From positions 1 through 53,116 of the IMG/VR virus record IMGVR_UViG_3300038321_000021: a stretch of 53,116 nt of DNA. One strand, 5' to 3'. The position numbers were made by a program, and so were the translations under genes. The DNA comes from a virus. The notes under the pieces were generated by a model. It was not told the origin of the DNA. It worked only from the letters and a program-made list of their open reading frames with translations, and did not search any database. How positions within the stretch are numbered: position 1 is the first letter of the stretch; every line of letters begins with the position of its first letter. This document shows, in pieces, positions 1 to 8,705 of this stretch.

Positions 1-99
1 ATAATAACACAAAAGTTACGATTACCCTCTCGATTGTACTTTGTTTCCTTTCCCGCAAAGTTGCGGAATATAATACGAGCGTTCTCAATGATAATGTTA
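1..99. repeat. Terminal direct repeat, copy 1 (identical to 53018..53116); circular closure overlap
   Basis: Read by eye: nt 1-99 (ataataacacaaaagttacg...caatgataatgtta) are repeated exactly at the window end. The repeat is internal to a minus-strand CDS. Confidence 0.9.
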
Positions 100-119
100 T
101 CTACATTTTTATAAGCCAT
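1..119 (-). CDS. 5' end (first 39 codons plus 2 nt) of the gp2.5-like SSB gene that wraps the circular junction; continues at 53017
   Basis: ATG at 119..117 sits behind the [55 protein letters not shown] then joins in frame to 53017 ([14 protein letters not shown]...). Total 483 nt = 160 aa plus stop. Confidence 0.7.
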   Translation of the reverse strand, partial: MAYKNVDNIIIENARIIFRNFAGKETKYNREGNRNFCVI

Positions 120-140
120 TTTGTTTTTCTCCTTTCTAAT

Positions 141-1415
141 TTAACGAACATCAAATGGTGTAGAATCGTTCCTAGGTTTATCGGGGTCTCCCCAAGGCGG
201 TGTCTTCGAAATATAAGGTTCGTCCGAAACAAACCATTCAAAATCGCCATACTCGGATATAGACTTAACAGCTTCATCGACCATCTTGTCATAATAGGAT
301 CGATCGATGTTGTCTTCTTTTCCGAGTTCGCTGACCATTTCGGATTCCAGCCACCTGTAGCCTTTCGACCCTGTAGCAGCGTAATACTTACCGTCTTTCT
401 CACGCATAAGTAATCCGCCACCACAACCAGATTTAATGGGGCAGAATTGACCAACTTTTCCAATGAATCGATAGTTGTGACCTTTATCGATGAGTTCTCT
501 CAACTCCTCAACTCGTTCACACTTACGCTTCATTTCCTCGTCATTAGGAAGATCTTGATTATTGATATCTTTCCAAAGTTTTTGGTACTCTTTTTCATAG
601 TCGGATACGTCCGGCAAATCTTCGTTCATATCCAAATATAGAGCCGAGGTTACAGATTTTGTCTCACACATGTCGTCAAATATAATTTCTTCCTTACTAA
701 AAAGTTTTTTGAATACGTATGGTACGGCAAATTGAGTACCCGTTGCTGACCAGGACCCATCTGTATACTTGGCAATATAAACCGCATCATTTACAAGACA
801 CATTCTGTCGTATGTAGCCTCGTGCTCAAATGTATAACCGTATTCCTTTCCAAAATCCATAACGAACTGTATAATCTCGGGAGTCGCATCGGGAATTTTT
901 ATAGAGTCGGTCTTAATATGAGCGACTGTGAATCCTCGACTATGTATCTCGTCTTGAAGTGTTCGCATGAACAACGCCCCTCGAAGTGCTACGATGTTGT
1001 TTTTGTTACGAATATCACGAAAAGGATTATCGAAATTCGCCGAAGTCAAACCATACACACTATTGGCAGCTATTTTCAAAGCGTTTGATAAAGCTGTAGT
1101 ATCCATGCCGTCATGTAAATATTTTGCTAATCTGCCTCCAAGCATTGTCTTAGCCGTCTCAATATCACCATGTTTAATAGCTATTCGGGCATCAAGAAGT
1201 TCTTTAAATCGTCCAGTATATTCTCCGAACACATTCATGTTGATAGCAGAGTTTGGGTGCATGGATTGAACGTCAAGTAACGCAACGTTTCCATACATTC
1301 CGGGTAAAGCATATACATATCCGCCTTTTCCAAGGTCTGTTCCTCTATACATATTATGAAATTGTTTGTCTGTGTCGTCGTATACAAATTCATAGCCAGG
1401 AAACGAATTAATCAT
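141..1415 (-). CDS. Family B DNA polymerase, polymerase (palm/fingers/thumb) half
   Basis: Motif A LLDVQSMHPNS (DxxSLYPS type), motif B KIAANSVYGLTSA (KxxxNSxYG), motif C HIKTDSI (DTDS type). Own SD GGAGGTG upstream of the ATG. Confidence 0.85.
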   Translation of the reverse strand: MINSFPGYEFVYDDTDKQFHNMYRGTDLGKGGYVYALPGMYGNVALLDVQSMHPNSAINMNVFGEYTGRFKELLDARIAIKHGDIETAKTMLGGRLAKYLHDGMDTTALSNALKIAANSVYGLTSANFDNPFRDIRNKNNIVALRGALFMRTLQDEIHSRGFTVAHIKTDSIKIPDATPEIIQFVMDFGKEYGYTFEHEATYDRMCLVNDAVYIAKYTDGSWSATGTQFAVPYVFKKLFSKEEIIFDDMCETKSVTSALYLDMNEDLPDVSDYEKEYQKLWKDINNQDLPNDEEMKRKCERVEELRELIDKGHNYRFIGKVGQFCPIKSGCGGGLLMREKDGKYYAATGSKGYRWLESEMVSELGKEDNIDRSYYDKMVDEAVKSISEYGDFEWFVSDEPYISKTPPWGDPDKPRNDSTPFDVR

Positions 1416-1962
1416 AAGACACCTCCAAAAGTATTCGCCCTTTACAAGTTTTGTTTTTTCCAGACTTTAGAAGTGAAATTGCCGATTTACTCACTCCTAA
1501 TGCCCTTGCTGCTTGCGTATGCGAATCAAAACGTTCAACTTTTCCCGAACTATTTTTAAGAGTAATCCGTCGATTACTTCCTTCTCCGTTTTCATACATA
1601 TCTCGAACATTATCTGCTTGCGTTCCCCATGCCAAATTTTCGACATGATTATTTTCTGGCTCATCGTCAAGGTGTCGAACTACAGGTTGATTGTCTGTAT
1701 TCGGAACGAATGACTCCGCTACGAGGCGATGTATATAGACGCGTTCTCTGCTTCCTGTATCCTTAAGCGATATTTCTAAGTGACCGCTTTTTATGTTTGG
1801 TGTAGGTGTCATAAATTTACGAGAGATGTCCGACCAAACACGACCTCTGTTGCTTATCTTATAAGAAGGGTGTCTAGATATAAACGCCCATTCTTCGTCC
1901 ATGTGTTCTTCTGAAATATAAATATCGTCGCCATATACAAACCTTGCTGCTATGTGTTCCAT
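1408..1962 (-). CDS. HNH homing endonuclease (NUMOD4-like N-terminus, HNH_3-type core, C-terminal HTH), inserted between the two PolB halves
   Basis: WAFISRHPSYKISNRGRVWS; VRHLDDEPENNHVENLAWGTQADN; AARALGVSKSAISLLKSG. Own SD AAGGAGA. Starts 15 nt after the upstream stop and overlaps the downstream ATG by 8 nt. Confidence 0.85.
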   Translation of the reverse strand: MEHIAARFVYGDDIYISEEHMDEEWAFISRHPSYKISNRGRVWSDISRKFMTPTPNIKSGHLEISLKDTGSRERVYIHRLVAESFVPNTDNQPVVRHLDDEPENNHVENLAWGTQADNVRDMYENGEGSNRRITLKNSSGKVERFDSHTQAARALGVSKSAISLLKSGKNKTCKGRILLEVSYD

Positions 1963-1977
1963 TTTAATTCTCCTTTC

Positions 1978-4692
1978 TTAAGACTGTTCGCCAGTCGCTA
2001 AGTCTGTATAAATAAGTCTTGGTTTTCTATCATTACCAAATATAATTCGAGTGGTCAAAGTATTTGTGGTATCATTAACCGTCATACTGGCCACATCAGC
2101 TAGAATTTGTCTCGCTAAGAAGTCGGAATTTCGAGCGTTGAATGTCGCCTCAGTTGCAATAACGTCATTGTCACAATACTCTGCAACTTTCGTCCACATT
2201 TCTTCTGGTACCGGTTTGTCCCACGGTAAACCAAGTTCCTGATGATGAATACCTAATTCTATTTGGAACTTTTTTAGGGACTGCTTCTTACTGGAGAAAT
2301 CGTAAACGTCCGTATAAGACACATTATAGGCTTCCCCGAAGAAACAATTCCGACTACCGTTAATGATCTTCTGAGATAGATTGTAAAGTTGCTCATTTGT
2401 ATAACCCATAAGTCTGGCATACAAAATATGATTATCATATCTACGGCAGTTGAACCCTACCAATCTGAATTTCATCAGATCTTCAATTTCAGAAGGGGAG
2501 GGGTTAATCATTCGTACAACAGGTTTTCCTTCACCTTCAATCTTCCAGTTCACTAAGAATAGGTTAGGGAAGACCTCAACATCATAGAAAACCAGTTTAG
2601 CATCATCATTTTTTCCTCCAGCGGAGGGATCCGCAGACTTAAACTGCATTTTATTTACCAACTTGATACAATAGTCGGCTTGGTGAGTGCTATTTGCAGC
2701 AAACGCCAATACTGCATTACGCATATCAGTGACGTCATAATTCAAGTCACTAGCATATGTATCCTCTAGTATTTTATAAATAAAGTCGATACTGGGCTTA
2801 GTACCTGGATGTATCTCTTTGTTAAGATTTCGTTTGATCAGTGTTCTAAGCCCTTTCTCGCTTTTTATGGCTTCAAAATTTACCATTTTATCTTCTCCTT
2901 TCAGCGGTAAACCAGAGCTAATGGTCGAGATAGGTAAGTTGTTGCATTTTGACAATTTTCGTCTTAATGAACTTTTACCAGTGAACACCTTAACTTCCAC
3001 ATAGTCATCATAAACTCGGCTCAGTTTTGAGACATCTCCAGTGTAAATATAATGCAGATGTATTCCTGCACCACTCTTACTAAGCTCTGCATATGTTGGC
3101 GGCCATTTACTAGCTTCTTCAACGTTCCTTTCAAAAGATTTATTACCGTCTCCATCTGGAATATCGAAGTCAATAACAATATGATTTTCCGGAACTCTAA
3201 CGTAATGGAGTTTTGAAGTATTTAACTCTGATAATTTTGACGTAACTTCATCCCATTTTTCAAAAGGTGTTTCGTTTTCCGTAGCGTACTGAGCAATACA
3301 ATCAGCACATTCTTTGTCAAATATAGATTTGTTTTTTACAAACTTTATATGCGTCATCTTTGTTTCTCCCTCTTCATCACCATCCGTCCTTTCCTCAAAT
3401 TTTTCCGTCCGAAATCCGCTGTAATAACTTCGAACCCTAGATCCATCATCAAAATTAAATCGATCTTTGTAATCCCGGAAATAATTCCTAAGCTCCTCCT
3501 TAAAGATTCTTTGTGAATATGGAAATGCTACCTTTGCCTCATCGCAGTAAGTCTTATACATTTCCCAAGCGGCTTTAAGTGTTGTTCCATCTTCCTTCTT
3601 GAACACATGGTATGAGTCAATAACGAAGTTGTAGAAATCGTTAGATGCACCAAGCATCGCCACTGGAATATAATCATCGTACTTACTGGGGTTCTTCAAA
3701 TATACTTCTTGGCAGTGATAAGCAATTGCCCCCAGTTCAAAGCCGACCTGTTTGACAATTGTTTTATATTCCTTCGAACTCAACTTATCGCCGGAAGGAG
3801 ATACGTCAATTAGTCTTCGGATAAGACCTGATTTTGCATCTGTGATTTTTACCGGCTTATTTGTGCCAAGGAACAGAAAACATTTAAAGCGATTTGCATA
3901 GGTCGATTTGAATTTTTCGTTTACCGTCATAAGCTCGTGGGAAACAAGACTATTCAACCTCGTATTATCTTCAATTTTGGAGAGGTCGCCGTCGTGTTGA
4001 ATCGCAACAAGCGGATTGGTTTTAAACGCTTCCAGCGCAAAAGAATTACTGGAAGAACCAAGAGCCCTAGCATCAAACACTGAATAATAACCTTCAAACA
4101 ACTGCTGGATGATGTTTAGTATTGTAGATTTACCGGTTCCCGCTGCGCCATACAGAACCATGAATTTCTGCAATTTCTTAGAGTCTCCGGATACAATCGA
4201 CCCGATCGCCCACTCAATCTTATGTCGTTCTTCCTCTATATATAGAGTGGACATCAGCTTGTCATAGGCAGACAAATCGCCAGCTTCAAGCGGATAACTC
4301 AGCTTTTTACTGGCGTAATCTTTTTTATCGGTTTTGTTGTTGGAAAATATAAGTTTCTCATCCAACATATGAAAGTGATCCCTCATCTGCTTCTGACAGT
4401 ATTTATGCCAAGAGTCAATCATTCCAGACTCGGCGTCCCACATATGCAGAACTTTTATATTAGAGTCAAATTTTTGGCGGTTTTCTTCTGCGTATCTATC
4501 TAATTCACGATCGATCAGCTGTAAAGCGGAATGTTCGTCTGTAGACCACAGACCATATTCCTCAATCCAGATAGCGTAGAAATCACCACCTCGAATCATG
4601 AGATCTGAGCTTTTTTTGATGATGAACTTTGGATAGATTTCTATTACGCCACGTTTTGTACTGCGTGTTGAAATCATAAGAAAGTCAACCAT
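1978..4692 (-). CDS. Fusion protein: P4/D5-type SF3 helicase + AEP (prim-pol) primase + PolB 3'-5' exonuclease domain
   Basis: Helicase (aa ~170-300): Walker A YGAAGTGKST (aa ~181-190), VAIQHDGD, FLGTNKP. AEP motifs: IVIDFDI and SGAGIHLHYIY (aa ~505-550). Exonuclease: ExoI FYDVEVFPN, ExoII GFNCRRYDNHIL, ExoIII YCDNDVIAT (aa ~700-850). Confidence 0.8.
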   Translation of the reverse strand: MVDFLMISTRSTKRGVIEIYPKFIIKKSSDLMIRGGDFYAIWIEEYGLWSTDEHSALQLIDRELDRYAEENRQKFDSNIKVLHMWDAESGMIDSWHKYCQKQMRDHFHMLDEKLIFSNNKTDKKDYASKKLSYPLEAGDLSAYDKLMSTLYIEEERHKIEWAIGSIVSGDSKKLQKFMVLYGAAGTGKSTILNIIQQLFEGYYSVFDARALGSSSNSFALEAFKTNPLVAIQHDGDLSKIEDNTRLNSLVSHELMTVNEKFKSTYANRFKCFLFLGTNKPVKITDAKSGLIRRLIDVSPSGDKLSSKEYKTIVKQVGFELGAIAYHCQEVYLKNPSKYDDYIPVAMLGASNDFYNFVIDSYHVFKKEDGTTLKAAWEMYKTYCDEAKVAFPYSQRIFKEELRNYFRDYKDRFNFDDGSRVRSYYSGFRTEKFEERTDGDEEGETKMTHIKFVKNKSIFDKECADCIAQYATENETPFEKWDEVTSKLSELNTSKLHYVRVPENHIVIDFDIPDGDGNKSFERNVEEASKWPPTYAELSKSGAGIHLHYIYTGDVSKLSRVYDDYVEVKVFTGKSSLRRKLSKCNNLPISTISSGLPLKGEDKMVNFEAIKSEKGLRTLIKRNLNKEIHPGTKPSIDFIYKILEDTYASDLNYDVTDMRNAVLAFAANSTHQADYCIKLVNKMQFKSADPSAGGKNDDAKLVFYDVEVFPNLFLVNWKIEGEGKPVVRMINPSPSEIEDLMKFRLVGFNCRRYDNHILYARLMGYTNEQLYNLSQKIINGSRNCFFGEAYNVSYTDVYDFSSKKQSLKKFQIELGIHHQELGLPWDKPVPEEMWTKVAEYCDNDVIATEATFNARNSDFLARQILADVASMTVNDTTNTLTTRIIFGNDRKPRLIYTDLATGEQS

Positions 4693-4698
4693 CGCCTT

Positions 4699-4932
4699 TT
4701 ATTCTCCTTTCATGCGTTTAAGCTCCTCGATCTCTTTACTTAGTTCTTCGATTTTTTTGTCTTGTCCATAATTATGGGTCTTCACCATAAGCGCATAGGT
4801 AGTAATAGTAAATGCGAAAGCGGCTAGCGTTCGGTTAAACCTTGCTTGATTTCGAAGTTGTTTTCTGATGTTTTTAATGGCGTCTGAAGAAGACTGTAAA
4901 CTTCCGAAAATATAATTAATCATTTCAACCAT
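4699..4932 (-). CDS. Hypothetical small protein (one hydrophobic segment, C-terminal coiled-coil-like)
   Basis: 77-aa ORF with SD AAAGGAGG 8 nt upstream. Confidence 0.6.
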   Translation of the reverse strand: MVEMINYIFGSLQSSSDAIKNIRKQLRNQARFNRTLAAFAFTITTYALMVKTHNYGQDKKIEELSKEIEELKRMKGE

Positions 4933-5146
4933 TAACTTTTCCTCCTTTCGTTTTGTGTTTCATGAAACTGTCCACGGTTTCAAACTTCCAATCTCTATGG
5001 TTATTGAAAGTAAATATAAATTCCGCATCGTTCTGCTGTCTTACGCGGATACTGTTTTTACCATTCGGAAACCATACTGCGACGCGGTTCCCAGCAAATA
5101 GCTCAAAATATAATTCGAACCATTTGAAAACTTCATTGTGAGTCAT
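4925..5146 (-). CDS. Hypothetical protein
   Basis: 73-aa ORF with SD AGGAGGGG upstream. No recognisable motif. Confidence 0.6.
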   Translation of the reverse strand: MTHNEVFKWFELYFELFAGNRVAVWFPNGKNSIRVRQQNDAEFIFTFNNHRDWKFETVDSFMKHKTKGGKVNG

Positions 5147-5156
5147 TTCACCCCTC

Positions 5157-5711
5157 CTAAGATGCTAGGATGTCGTCCAAATACCAACACATTTGGTACC
5201 AAATTTCAGCGGTTCGTAAATCATGTTTACAATTCTTAACAGTAAACAAACCGCCCTCGCCGTTTCGTTCATATTCTCGGTTAAGGAACCTCGTAATGAC
5301 GCTTTCCAAATACCATTTATCAAATATCGTGTCATGCATGGAACCCAAACCAAGATTTACAATCATGTTCCAGAACCATTGCCCTGTGCGATTGCCGATA
5401 TCGGGGTCATCCATAATATGTTCCTCGCAACGAATAGCAAGGGCTGTTAACATTTCTAAAACACTACAAGGACGGTCATCCAAATATGTTGCTATCATAG
5501 GGCTATTGTACTGACGCTCATATCCAAATCGATATCGGAGGTCTATCCCATCTTCGGCTCTGTTACCATCCATTTCAATAATATAGGTAAACTCCATATC
5601 ATGTAGGTGAGTCAAAAGCTTCCGATAGGATAGCCTTTTCGGATATTTTTCATTGCATACGAGCTGGTACATCCATTCGAAGTATTCTTTGTTCAGCTCG
5701 TTTTTTGTCAT
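5157..5711 (-). CDS. Hypothetical conserved phage protein
   Basis: 184-aa ORF with globular-looking composition. Start overlaps the upstream stop (TAATG). Confidence 0.65.
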   Translation of the reverse strand: MTKNELNKEYFEWMYQLVCNEKYPKRLSYRKLLTHLHDMEFTYIIEMDGNRAEDGIDLRYRFGYERQYNSPMIATYLDDRPCSVLEMLTALAIRCEEHIMDDPDIGNRTGQWFWNMIVNLGLGSMHDTIFDKWYLESVITRFLNREYERNGEGGLFTVKNCKHDLRTAEIWYQMCWYLDDILAS

Positions 5712-6301
5712 TAATCACTCACCGGCTTTCTTCTGATGATAACGCTCGAATATTTTCTTTGATCAAGAAGGATTTCATAGTCGCATTTCAGTCTGTCGTT
5801 TCTGACAAATACTGAATCATCTTCATACTCTCCAAAACTATTCAAAGAATCGAATCCGACAACGTCTTCGACATCATCCACGATTACATCGTTATCGTCG
5901 GCCAGAATTTGATCAGCGTAATAAGTTAGACTAATTGTTTCATAGTCATCTAAATCGCCAAACTCTTCCGGAGCGATAACATAAGGTTTATCTACGCTCA
6001 TAGGCTCCTCTTTCACCTCCTCGGGTTTTTCATCAACCAAGTCGGAATAGTTAGTATAACCATGTTCACTTAAACGGGCTGCGTATTCTATAACGCTCGG
6101 CTTTTCCTTTGCGTTGTCCGCCTTTATTCGGGCTTCTGTATTCTCAGTAAATTCGGCTTCTCTCTTTGAGAATACTTCTTTTACTGAATCAATTTCATCT
6201 TGAGCTATCTGCTCATATTTTTTCTCAACATACCGCCAGGTAACTACTGAACCGACGGCTACGCCGAGAACAAACATCATAAAATTTATTGTTTTATTCA
6301 T
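5711..6301 (-). CDS. Membrane-anchored acidic protein (N-terminal TM helix)
   Basis: N-terminal FMMFVLGVAVGSVVTW segment followed by a strongly acidic C-terminal half. SD GAGGAG. Confidence 0.65.
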   Translation of the reverse strand: MNKTINFMMFVLGVAVGSVVTWRYVEKKYEQIAQDEIDSVKEVFSKREAEFTENTEARIKADNAKEKPSVIEYAARLSEHGYTNYSDLVDEKPEEVKEEPMSVDKPYVIAPEEFGDLDDYETISLTYYADQILADDNDVIVDDVEDVVGFDSLNSFGEYEDDSVFVRNDRLKCDYEILLDQRKYSSVIIRRKPVSD

Positions 6302-6319
6302 AATCGTTCTCCTCGCTTT

Positions 6320-6832
6320 TTACCGAAATACATTTTCTCTATTCGGTCCCGAACAAAAGAACAGATACTCAGACAAAGCTTTACAATCATTTGCATACCA
6401 ATCAGTTAAAGTCTCTTCTGCGATTTGAATATCGCTTTCACTGACAGGGCGACTTTGTCTCCAGTAACCTACAAATTGTCCTTTGGTTGTTACAACATCA
6501 ATAACGTTTTCTCCAAATCCGCCATCTGATACACGATTAACAATGACTTCAACAACTTTACGTTTATCAGCCATTTTATCGTCATAACATTCCCCGGCTA
6601 ACGTCCGAACAATCGCTTCAACTTCTTCATCCGAAAATGGTTTTTCTTCTAACGGTTCTATAATCATTTCCGGAGTTTTGTATGACGTAGTGACAGTCGG
6701 TATAGCCGAAGTAATTGGTTTAGAAATCACAATCTCTCCAGTGTCGGTTTCATTGATAGGAATATTACTACAAACCATAAATATAAATACCGCACTCAGA
6801 GAGACTATGATTACCTTGTTTAATTTTCGCAT
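6320..6832 (-). CDS. Cell-wall hydrolase, SleB-like (Hydrolase_2-type) with N-terminal signal/anchor
   Basis: N-terminal VIIVSLSAVFIFMV. Catalytic-domain pattern AIVRTLAGECYDD...VVEVIVNRVSDGGFGENVIDVVTTKGQF resembles SleB-family hydrolases. Confidence 0.65.
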   Translation of the reverse strand: MRKLNKVIIVSLSAVFIFMVCSNIPINETDTGEIVISKPITSAIPTVTTSYKTPEMIIEPLEEKPFSDEEVEAIVRTLAGECYDDKMADKRKVVEVIVNRVSDGGFGENVIDVVTTKGQFVGYWRQSRPVSESDIQIAEETLTDWYANDCKALSEYLFFCSGPNRENVFR

Positions 6833-6855
6833 AAAAAGGTCTCCTAAAATATAAA

Positions 6856-6877
6856 AAGACTACCCTAGGGTAGTCTT
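6856..6877 (-). terminator. Intrinsic terminator-like perfect palindrome
   Basis: Minus strand reads AAGACTACCCTAGGGTAGTCTT followed by TTTTATATTTT, directly after the stop of the 6898..7860 gene. Confidence 0.6.
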
Positions 6878-6897
6878 CGTATTTTTTGATGCACTCA

Positions 6898-7860
6898 TTA
6901 CATCAGATCCAAAATGTTTCCATCTACATTGAAGTCAAGAAGGACTACTCGTTCGTATACTTCTTTTCCAAATCTTTCACGCATAACTGTATCTTTTACG
7001 AAAGATTCTTCATCCCTTCGGTAGGTTTCGTAAATCCCGAAATCAACGTAATTATCACCATTAGGGTTATTGGGATCATATACCCATCCAACAATTTGAC
7101 CGGCTTTAGTTCTAGGAATACCAAGGGTATCGAGTACGTCATTCAAGTACAAATATCCATAGGCTCTAAGTTTATCGTTAGCATACTGCTGCTGAGCTAG
7201 AAGAAACATTCGATTATAGTTTCCGTCTTTTTCCCAATAAGGATTAGACTCTTCAAAGAAGAAAGAATAATCACTCAATGAGTCTCTTTCCACAACGCTG
7301 ATGGTCTCTTTGACTTTCTTTTCCTTACCGTCTTCGCCGACGACAACTTTTTCAATCTTCTTAGCCTTGATACCGTGCTTCAGCTCGCGGTCGACTTCTT
7401 CGCCAAAACGCTCTACCACGTGATTTCTGTATTCTTTAAATCCTTTATCAACCGTAGCGTAAGCAGCAGCCAGTGCTACATTTCTCTGACGAAGAATATT
7501 ATTCGATGCCAGAATGCTACCAAGGGATAGTACACCAAGGGCTACTGCCGGAGCATAAAGTTTTGTCAATTTAACGCCTGTCTGAACATAAACGATTGCT
7601 AAATCTTTCTTAGCGTCTTCTGAAGTGTATTCCTCTACGAACGCCTCATTAGCCGCACAATCATGAATAGAGTTGATATCTTCTTTGGCTTTTTCTAAAA
7701 TATCATTCACTTTAGTAGTAGCTTTACAAGCCATGACCGCACTTACAACGGTTCCGACTACACCAGCCACTACGAGAATTTCCGGGCTATGTTTTTTGAG
7801 CTTAAAACCCATCTTGTTAAACGAACTACTTACAGTCGTCATAAGTTCTGCTTTTTTCAT
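6898..7860 (-). CDS. Membrane-anchored paralogue A (family with conserved SPEIL-x-GxxG TM motif)
   Basis: KKHSPEILVVAGVVGTVVSAVMACKATTKV plus C-terminal LNDVLDTLGI...GQIVGW. Paralogous to 9678..10472 and 11729..12529. Confidence 0.75.
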   Translation of the reverse strand: MKKAELMTTVSSSFNKMGFKLKKHSPEILVVAGVVGTVVSAVMACKATTKVNDILEKAKEDINSIHDCAANEAFVEEYTSEDAKKDLAIVYVQTGVKLTKLYAPAVALGVLSLGSILASNNILRQRNVALAAAYATVDKGFKEYRNHVVERFGEEVDRELKHGIKAKKIEKVVVGEDGKEKKVKETISVVERDSLSDYSFFFEESNPYWEKDGNYNRMFLLAQQQYANDKLRAYGYLYLNDVLDTLGIPRTKAGQIVGWVYDPNNPNGDNYVDFGIYETYRRDEESFVKDTVMRERFGKEVYERVVLLDFNVDGNILDLM

Positions 7861-7862
7861 AA

Positions 7863-7961
7863 TTAGATAATCTCCTTTTCGTTTTTAATAGATTTATACC
7901 CGGTATTACCAGGTCCGCATACACATTGTTTGGCTCTATCTAGAGTTTCTGCTCTTGTCAT
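7863..7961 (-). CDS. Small ORF (32 aa), not in supplied track
   Basis: MTRAETLDRAKQCVCGPGNTGYKSIKNEKEII. SD GAGGAG. Tightly packed between neighbouring genes. Confidence 0.45.
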   Translation of the reverse strand: MTRAETLDRAKQCVCGPGNTGYKSIKNEKEII

Positions 7962-7962
7962 T

Positions 7963-8070
7963 TTATCTCTCCTCATTCAAATATTCGTAATACTCGGATT
8001 CTGTTGCGAATAACATCCAACATCCAGCAACAAAACCCATGTATCCATATGAAGTCAGATATCCTTTCAT
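7963..8070 (-). CDS. Small ORF (35 aa), not in supplied track
   Basis: MKGYLTSYGYMGFVAGCWMLFATESEYYEYLNEER. Strong SD AGGAGGATTATT before the ATG. Confidence 0.5.
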   Translation of the reverse strand: MKGYLTSYGYMGFVAGCWMLFATESEYYEYLNEER

Positions 8071-8080
8071 AATAATCCTC

Positions 8081-8692
8081 CTAATTTAGCGGAAGGACTT
8101 TGGGTAGTTTAAGCATATAGCCGTCCCGTACTCTAATTACAGATGCACTTCGAATATCGGTCCATCCATATTTATTATCTGTATAATTTCCTGTTACGCC
8201 GACCAAATCATACAAATCTGCCACGCTAACCAAACCATAAGTAGAAATCAACTCGTCCATTCTTGACAGGACGTCTTCGGCTTCTCCTCGATTATCCAAG
8301 ATAATATCGTCGTAATTATAACTGGTCTTTGTCCTAGCCAAGTTATAATCTCTACGGTCATTTCCTCCATCGTAATAACTCCTGTAAGATTCCTTAGAAG
8401 CAGTGGAATTACTCTTTGTCCTACCTGTTCCCCCGTAAAGTATCATGTCAATACCGTTCGTCACGATATCCGAAATGGCTTTTTTAATTGCTGGAACCAG
8501 TACATCCAATAGAATATAGGACTTTACGTCGTTGACATCCTCCGAGATGAATACGTTCGTAAACTTCTGAATCTCGCTTTTTTTCTTGGATTTTACCGTC
8601 CCAGCAATCACTTTTTCCACTTTCTTTTCCGGCACAGATTCCCGTCGTTCTTCTTTGGATTTATGGGAATTTGGCTTGTATTGCTCCATCAT
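8081..8692 (-). CDS. Hypothetical protein (basic N-terminus, globular C-terminus)
   Basis: 203-aa ORF with SD AAAGGAGAAAAAC. No recognisable catalytic motif. Confidence 0.7.
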   Translation of the reverse strand: MMEQYKPNSHKSKEERRESVPEKKVEKVIAGTVKSKKKSEIQKFTNVFISEDVNDVKSYILLDVLVPAIKKAISDIVTNGIDMILYGGTGRTKSNSTASKESYRSYYDGGNDRRDYNLARTKTSYNYDDIILDNRGEAEDVLSRMDELISTYGLVSVADLYDLVGVTGNYTDNKYGWTDIRSASVIRVRDGYMLKLPKVLPLN

Positions 8693-8705
8693 AGTTTTTC
8701 TCCTT

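Noticed and set aside
1-99. The 99-bp terminal repeat as genuine direct terminal repeats of the virion DNA
   Set aside because: The repeat is internal to a CDS that is restored in frame by circularisation. Its length is typical of an assembler k-mer overlap. Physical ends are more likely near the GC-rich element at ~37.4 kb, which is untested.
101-463. Long N-terminal extensions and shadow ORFs in the track (e.g. 101..463, 11556, 36492..37301 from TTG, 41795, 42508, 43828, 46683, 50181)
   Set aside because: The extensions read through terminator hairpins or promoter motifs and lack an SD. Internal ATGs with consensus SDs give compact, non-overlapping genes.
1408-1977. Group I intron hosting the HNH endonuclease inside the polymerase gene
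   Set aside because: Only 15 nt separate the upstream stop from the endonuclease start. The downstream polymerase ORF starts, with its own SD, inside the endonuclease's last codons. Polymerase-like coding sequence abuts both sides, so no space remains for an intron core. This cannot be fully excluded without a covariance-model scan or RNA data.
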